Shown piece by piece: positions 47,096 through 64,000 of a stretch of 64,000 nucleotides of DNA. This DNA comes from Antedon mediterranea (Eukaryota; Animalia; Echinodermata): NCBI RefSeq assembly GCF_964355755.1, contig NC_092673.1, positions 30,253,648 through 30,317,647 of the forward strand. The letters are read 5' to 3'. The first letter of the stretch is position 1; the number at the start of each line of letters is the position of its first letter. The notes beneath the pieces were generated by a model. That model worked only from the letters and a program-made list of their open reading frames with translations. It did no database searches and was not told where the DNA came from. The position numbers and the translations under genes were made by a program.

Positions 47096-50000
47096 ATAAA
47101 AGATATGAAAATAAAATAAAACTATATATGTTGTATATTATTGAAAGCAAAACTAATTAAAGCTAAATTAATTTCCGTCAACATTGATTTTTATTCATCA
47201 TATTCTTCAACAAAATTATATTCATTTTGTTATTTGTTCATATTATTTCAAAATCAAACATTCCAAATGTCATCATAATGTATTTGAATACGGTTTCTGT
47301 TGATAAAATAACATAAACAAAAATATCTATTACCACTAGAAAACTAGCTATTTTTTTTATAAGCTATAAAAAATTATAAAAACTGAAACGGAAGACGTCT
47401 AGCAGAAAAGAACCAACAGAAAATACCACTCAAGATCTATGACTAAAAATGTTATATCAGTAAATCATTAATAATTCCTTTTAGAAAATATTCTTGGTCC
47501 AGAAACGTGAATGGCACATGAAAAACATACAAATTCATATTTGAAGCAAAATAAAATCTCCAATAATTAAATCATAAAACAATATATTTAAAATAAAAAA
47601 TTGTTGTAATAATTTCCACCAATTCAACAATACATATATCTCTTTCTTATCAAAAAAATCAGGTTCTATATAGTTTTTTCATTTCATTTTCATAATTAAA
47701 TGAATTTTCTGTAACATTCACAAATCAATCTATCCAAAGGGTCTCCTCAATATAGAATATACTGTATATAAAACATGGTTCTACGTTGTAGGGGCACTTT
47801 TGTTAAAACAACTGCCAGTAAAAGCAATTTTTCTACAGAATTTTTTAAACAATTTTTGTTCCTGGCCAGCAAGATAACAGTCACAAACTATACATTTAAT
47901 AAATAATATATATTAATAAATCATTATGCAATAGTGGAGGCTTTTTTCTCTCATAACAATCAAAACTTTAAATACCAAATTCAATTTTACTCTATAGCAC
48001 TTTACCCCAATAAGAAGCAACCTGACGAGATTCTGCTTATTGTATGTTGTTCATCTGTTATTTAAAATAAATATAAATGATAACCATGCCATTCTCTATT
48101 TAATATTATAGTTGGCATTATTCAAATGCCAACTATATTTTGATAATTGATGCCATTTTTTTCGTACAACAGTTCTTCATTGGTTCAAATGCACTTGGTG
48201 AAATGTTTCAAACACATTTCAGAACATGCACCAAACTCTTTTAATGTCTCAACACAAAAATTGGAAAAACCAAATGCACCATGGAGGCTTTCAAGTTGGT
48301 TGATCATCAAACATCCAAACATATTCAAGCAAAAATTGAATGAGAGAATGCTATTTTTAATTATTTTTACAGTGATTAACATCCAGGGTGCATCTGAACC
48401 AATGGAAGAACTCTTGTATAGAAAATAATCAGCATCTGGAATACTAACAACTTATTTATTTATTTTAATGTTAATTAGCATTCAATACTAACTAACTTTC
48501 ATATTAATATCAGTCCATGTGTGTAAAGATCCGTTTACGACAAAAAAGTTGATGAAACCTTTAAAAATTATCATTCTGCAAATAAAGTTATTTACACACT
48601 TCCTCTTTTGATTTCGGTTTTCCCTCCACTAAAGCCTCAAAATTAAAATTTATTAGATGTATTTTTAATCAATTTTGCAAAAGATGGTTTTTGAAATTGC
48701 TTAGTTAATGCTTAATCTACTCTAACTTTCCTAAATTCTGAGATTGCTCGAGTTTGCAAACAAAAGTTTGCCAGTGTTAGTTTTTACCAAACTAGTGTAC
48801 TTTGCCAAAGTTTTTCAACTGGTCTACACAAGCAAAAATTTGAAACTTTTCTTGACAAACACAGGATTTTTGCTCAAGTTTGCAAACAAAAGTTTGCCAG
48901 TGTTATAGTTTTACCAAACTTGTTTTCAAAGTTTTTTCCGAGTTCCTTAAAACTACTGTCTCTGAGTAATTGTTTCCACCTGCAGAAACACATTGAAAAC
49001 AACTTGACTAGATTTGATTCGCTGAATTCACAAATCTCAGAAAACTAGTTTGTTAAGTAGATGGATGTCCAAACTGTTGCTAACTAGTTTTCTGCAGTTT
49101 ACCAAAGTTTGATCTGCAAGAAACTTTGCAAACATTTTCTCTAAAGGTTTCTAACTAGTGTAGACTTTTGTATAAAAATAAATTGCGTGACTTGCTTGTT
49201 AACACACAAGTTACCTAAAATTAAAACCAACCCATCCTCATAAATTTTCAGAAGGGGAGGGCAAAGAAAATATTATTCTTTTGGCCTAACTTTCTCCAAA
49301 AACACGGTTTCAATATCTTTATTTGGACCAGATTTTTGCACATCATTTGTACAATAATATTCACTATATCCATGATACACTAATAGATATAATGAGGCCT
49401 ATACTAAAAATGTAGAATTATATACAATATGAATTTAATAAAATCTATATCTTTTCTACATTGTCATTGTAAAATGCATCACAACAAACATTTTTCACGA
49501 TTGAACGATTCACCAAGCACTTGAAATGCATCACAACAAACATTTCTTAATTACAGTCGCTCCAAAATTAACCTGGGTGCTATTTTTGGAGAATTGACTG
49601 CCTATATTTTAATAAATTATTCAAATTATTATAAGCCAATAAAATGTTGGTAGTTAGATACCATTTACCTATTTTGAACAAATTAGTAATATTTGATATC
49701 TACAATGTTTATAACCATTGAGATATTATATGGCCTTACAGATTGCACATTTTACCCAACAATAAACACATAGTATATTAATCGTAATGTTCACATAAAT
49801 GATTAAATATAACAATAATAATTATCACGAAACTGGTTAATTATAATAGTAGTGTATACCATGTAGACAAAAACGGTATAATTAACATTTTATGTGTAAG
49901 TTAGTAGATACTTAGAAATAGTAATACTAAAATAATACTATATTTATTAAGATTTTGTGTATAGATACTGAAAACAGGTAGTTAATTAGATGCAACAAAT

Positions 50001-51919
50001 GTCATTGTACTTTAAAAGAACATTTTTAAGAAACTGTGTCAACATTATTTTACTGCAATTTACTGCAGTAACCATGCTTTGTTCGGCATTAACATGTTTA
50101 TCTAAATATTTGCTTTTTTAAAGATATCACACGCTCTGTTTATTACACTACAGTGACTACTTTATAAACTACATTGAAACAAACTATGTTATTGCAGTAG
50201 CAGTTACTGCAGTAACTTCAGTAGAATAATTTTGACACATTCTAAGAGTATAGAACAACCTATCATTTCTATCCAGGAGTATTTAGATCCATTTTTTACT
50301 TATTTTTACCTAAGGTAGAAAGATAAACACTTGTTACCATTTTTTCCCAGCAATAGTTCATATGTGTTCTGTTCTCATAAGTTAGTATCTTTGGGACTTT
50401 TAAAGAATTTATTGTTGGTTGAACAACTTTGGTTTTTCTTAACTTTTGGTAAGCACACATATAACTTTATGGTAATAAAATAATTATATGAAAAATCCCT
50501 TACCATTTATTTAGTGAGCTTTATATTTAAATCTATGGAGAAAGGGAATTCTTTTATAAACCATTACAGTGTCATGGAAACATACTGTAACAGATTAAAT
50601 ATGGTAAGTCACCAGAAAGATAACCTTTGACATTTGTGTTTAATATCTCAAACCCTTTTTTATTTAATTAGAAATTATAAACTTTGAAAATATTTTTGTA
50701 TTGTTAAAAAATATATCTTCTTAATTTTTTTACAGGTGTGCGCTGCAATAGCTTTTGTAGCTTTGTAAAATGGAAGTTAATGCAAAATAAAAGTACAATT
50801 AAATTGTCTTACAAATAGAAAAAGAATGTGTATTTAAGAAAATTATAAACCATATGCACACACCAATAATAAAGGGTGCTTTTTTCCCCAAACCATGACT
50901 TGCATGTATTTCATACAGGATATTTGCATTGATATTAACTTATGTAAACATTTGAACTATTGATTCAAATAAAGGAATTGATCGTAACGCAAGATAAAGT
51001 CATTTTTGGGTCATTAAACTTGCCTATGATATGGCCTATGGACTAATGCTGTATTTTGATCATAACGTAACGTATTTGTAGATACAGCAGCGAGAACTGG
51101 GTGCATGGTTCTTGTACAATCACTAACACTCAAGTATTTCAACAAATGATTGATCGAGGTATATAACTATACCTGTAGTTAAACATTGTTTTCAATTAAT
51201 AATCAACATTACTATATGCACATCATACAGATGATATAAATAATCATTAATTATACCACAAGATGTACATGATTAAGATTAAAATATTCAATATTATTAA
51301 CCAATTAAAGGACAATATCAAGCCCAAGGTGATGTAGAAATTATATTATATTTGACAAAACTTTTTTTTATTATTATTATGTCCTGGTTGAGACTGATGT
51401 GTAAATGATTTTCATAAACTAAAAACTGTTGAATTTAGTGAATCTACAACATTCATTGATATTGTGAGTTATTGTCAAAAAGAAAAATTATGGTCGATTC
51501 AAAATGTTGATGACATAATTAAAATCAAAGTATTGATCCCGAATCAAAGATACTGTGCGTTTTTCTTTTTACTTTCGTTCATTAGGACATCGGTTAATAT
51601 ATCTTGATTCTAATTGGTATTGCATTGATTTGAAGCACATGGAACTATAAAGGCGTGCTAGGAAACAAAACATACGATTATCAACAATGTTTTGTGGAAA
51701 AAAACTTGATAGGTTGTTCAAAAAATAGACATTCAGAGTGTTATAGATATGTCAAGTCCGAAAATAATCACGAAGCTCGTACATACACATGCATGCTGGG
51801 CTTGAAGTCTGCTATCGGTTGCCATCTGCATTTCTCAAGTATCACCACCTTGTTCGATAGTTATCACAGCCAAATACTATAAATACTGAAAAGGCTGTGA
51901 AATTTATCTTTAGACTGTG

Positions 51920-60572
<8,653 letters not shown>

Positions 60573-62160
60573 TTAAAATGAAAATATTAAATTAATTTCT
60601 AAAAATAAAATGCTCGAATATGTTCAAATTACTCTGTATCAATTTTAATAGTGTTTATGCCATTTGAACATATTTTAATGGAAGTTGCACAATACAATGA
60701 ATAAATTATTAAAATTAATATTAAATTATTCAATCCAGGCACCAACACAAACATAAGGTGAATCACATACAGTACTGTAGATATTGTACATTCTTTCGAT
60801 GTAAAAACAATTGGATTGAAAAAAAAACCCTAAACAACACTCCAACCTGAAAAAAATTTAAGATCAAACTGTAAATTTAAAAAAAAATTGTTGTCTTAAT
60901 AATGTGTTTATTTTTTGTTGGAAAAAGTGAATAACTAACTGGACAATACAAAATAACATATATTCAAAGTATCATATTCATACATAATTTTTAGTTGGGG
61001 TTTTCTGTAAGATTATATAAAAATTAAGCATTGTACTACTAGTTGTAGTAGTATATAAATGAAATGTACAAATTGTATCAGTTTGGATTAATTAAAGTAA
61101 ACAAACCATAGATCTACTCAACAAAATGTCAAAATTGCGTGTTTATTGAAGCATGACCTTAAATCTAATTATCAATCAATACAAACTGAATGCTCGTCAA
61201 TAATTTACTTCCGAAAACATGTATTGTTTACGAATCTAATATTAATAAACATAATAATATTGCACTTTTTATTTTTATAATTAACTCTGCAATTATTATG
61301 ACATTTGACGAATTATATCAGACCTTACTACATTGTAAATGTAGTTGTAATAAAGTTTTTTGAGTTTCAGACAATACCCACCCATTATGGAACTGTACCA
61401 TTGTTATTGTTGTTTGGGGTGTATGACAATGTAAGGTGTTGGCTTTTTTTTAAAAATCAATCTCTACAATAGAATGAGATTACATTTGTTACCGTACTTG
61501 GTGGTTATTGTCCTACATTTTAAGTTTCGGACTATTCGGAAAATTTTCCAACTCTTTTCCTTCTAAAGTTTCACATTGAAAATGTACCATACTAATTACA
61601 AACTCTTTCGTTTTAATTATAAATTCTTTTTAAATTAAAAAATCACTTATTATAATTTTATGCATTTGCGACAGATACAACGGATGTAGTAATTAGATCT
61701 TGTTGCAAATGTTTACTATAAAGCGAAAACTAAAATAAGATAGAGTCCACTTTAGACCCCTAATACAATGGTTCAAGTCAAAAGACACAGTTTAACTGTG
61801 CACATACTGTACAGTCAAGTGGTCTAATGGTCATTTATCCAAATTTCTACAATAATTTTTTAGATTAAGTACAGCATATCATATAATTTTTTACTCGGGG
61901 TACCCGAGTCTAGTACTTACTCATTTTCTCCTTCTCTTCCTCCATCTGGACACTATTGAGTAAAAAGTGCGATTTTTAAAGTACTACTCCTCCCTTATTC
62001 GTTATAGTATTGAGCTGGGATTTGGCATGAACATACTACAGGGACATGTCCTCAAAGCTATAGAGCCGGATTTTTAATTTTTTGTTAATTAATTTGTTTA
62101 ATTAAGAAGCCACAATGTGTGACACACACCACAGCATTATGTAGTTATATGGTTATATGC

Positions 62161-62232
62161 GGATTCTTGGCGTAGTGGTTATCACGTTTGCTTAACACGC
62201 AGAAGGTACCTGGTTCGAGCCCGGACGAAACC
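62161..62232 (+). tRNA. tRNA-Val(AAC)-like, degenerate (probable pseudogene)
   Basis: Anticodon arm tttgc-ttAACac-gcaga, B box ggttcgagcc and a downstream T-run; the acceptor stem has mismatches. Confidence 0.65.
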
Positions 62233-62444
62233 TTTTTTTTTTAATTTATGGTGAAAAGTACTGTATACGCAATATGATAATTATACAGAGTATATCTTAT
62301 TTTTATTATTTTTTAAAATACTTATTTTGTGTAATCGGTAATTATCACTTTTACACATGTTTATTTTGCTTTGTGCTTATTACCATTTATTTGTAATTTA
62401 AATGGATTAAAAAACTTTCTGTAACCCACATTTTTAATGTAAGA

Positions 62445-62516
62445 GGTTTCGTAGTGTAGTGGTTGTCAAGTCTGCTTAACACGCAGAAGGTCCCGGTTCG
62501 AGCCCTGGCGAAACCT
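62445..62516 (+). tRNA. tRNA-Val(AAC)-like, second tandem copy (possibly a pseudogene)
   Basis: Acceptor stem GGTTTCG / CGAAACC is perfect and the anticodon arm is tctgc-ttAACac-gcaga; the D and T stems have mismatches. Confidence 0.7.
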
Positions 62517-64000
62517 ATTTTCTTTACTTTCTAACTGTATACGTCTGTATACAGCTTCTTTCGCTGTACCCCGAGTATTGCACATTCGTGCTTGTTAAGC
62601 TTCCATGCCCTTTAATTTCAAAATCTTGAATTGACCACTGAATGACTTGTTTTGTAGCTAATTAAAGAACGATAATTAGTGTAAGACTCAAGAGGCTGCT
62701 AATCTACCAAATACACAGGACAGGTAATACTGGTAAGATCATAATTTTACCGCACGTTAAAAGATAGAGTGACTGACTGACTGCCATATATTCTCAACTG
62801 TTTAAATTGTATTTCTAAATGTAAAGTTGCAATAAAACGCTCTAGTAGGCTTAGGCTAAGGAATTATGAAATTTTTATGTGACATTTTTGTAACTAATAA
62901 AAATATGTATGTTGACACATAATTGATCATATGAAATATAGTATGTACTGTATTTCATTAAATATAGCTTTTTTTTTGTGCAAAAATATCATGGATTGCT
63001 AGATTTAATAATTTGATAAATTTATTTTAAATTAATAACCTCTGCTCCTACAGTATTAATTGCATATAATGTTCAATCTGCCAACATTACCTACAGTAAT
63101 TCTCAGTCAATCACTGTGTCAGAAAACAATTCAAATTAAACAAGGACAAATTTGTGTAAAAATTGTTTGTCAATTATTTACTACTTTATAACTTTTTTTT
63201 ATACTTACAATTACAATCAATTTTAATGTAATATTTACTATGATTATTATTATGAATATGAATTAATTAAAACTACTAAATAACATATATTTTTAATTAT
63301 TATTATTATTACTTACTACTACTATTACTAAATACTAAAGAAAATATTTTAAGATTCATAGCTTAAATTAATATACAGTAGCTCCAAGTAATTCATTTTT
63401 TTCAATCAAAATCTTCAAATTAGGCTAGAGTAGTTGGGTGGCTTTTGCTTAAAAGAGATTGAATCACTCACTATTCAACCAAAAACATTACCATCTGAAA
63501 GGAGAAGATTGTTTTAAGAAATTTTTTATTAAAATTGCAAATTGGTTTCAAAAGTTATATCATGGGTTCAATCCAAAACAGAGTCTAATAATTATACTGT
63601 CAATTTGTTTTATCATTAAACAATTTTGTTCTTCTTGTTCTTTCTAAGTTCTTCATTTGCCTATTTATTAATTCAATTCAACATTTATTTCGACCAAAAT
63701 CAACATGTATACAACCAAGAAACAACTTAAATAAATCCAAAAGACTATACCATTTGTGGAGAGGGGAATTCGATGAAAACCTCTACTTTTCGAGTTATAT
63801 CTCACTCTTCAAGGAGAAGGGGCTATTGTTGGTTTATCCAGGTAAGCTAGGCACGAAATAGACAAATATATCCAAAAGACTGACAATTACCAGTCAATTG
63901 AATGCAGAGAACATTTTTTTTCTGCCAAAAAGATTCTAAATTTATACAATGCATAATACTATCTTTTTTCTTGAATTGGGTTAAAATGTCACACCCTAAA

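Noticed and set aside
47100-51900. Hidden genes or further MEP-pathway genes between ispF and EEIG1
   Set aside because: Only short AT-rich ORFs and repeat fragments (e.g. ~48650-49170) are present; the region is consistent with a long 3'UTR or intergenic DNA.

Overview
AT-rich, intron-containing animal genomic DNA. The Deu-domain SINEs and the gene set suggest a marine invertebrate, possibly an echinoderm; this is inference. It is not prokaryotic. Host genes from left to right: CCDC180 (minus, 21 coding exons, 3' end beyond the left edge), head-to-head with an OCIAD1/Asrij-like gene that has a single coding exon (plus); BCL10 (minus, 4 exons); a TRAF2-like RING/zinc-finger/MATH gene (minus, 7 coding exons); and EEIG1/FAM102 (minus, 5' end not found in the window). 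The main finding lies between TRAF and EEIG1: an intact, Vibrionaceae-like bacterial ispF (MEP-pathway MEcPP synthase) at 44818-45300, although animals lack this pathway. Five features suggest it is integrated and domesticated. (i) A tandem paralog is broken by an animal CR1-group LINE. (ii) A decayed relic of truD, the next gene in the bacterial operon, follows the stop codon. (iii) Clustered NF-kB-type sites lie upstream. (iv) There is a candidate 5'UTR spliceosomal intron. (v) The 3' flank is a duplicated host block carrying an AATAAA. Together these point to a possibly immune-regulated horizontally transferred gene next to BCL10 and TRAF. The rest of the window holds many MITEs, SINEs, minisatellites, a minimal Penelope-type hammerhead motif, a 5S fragment and two degenerate tRNA-Val copies. 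All protein assignments come from remembered family sequences; no database search was run.
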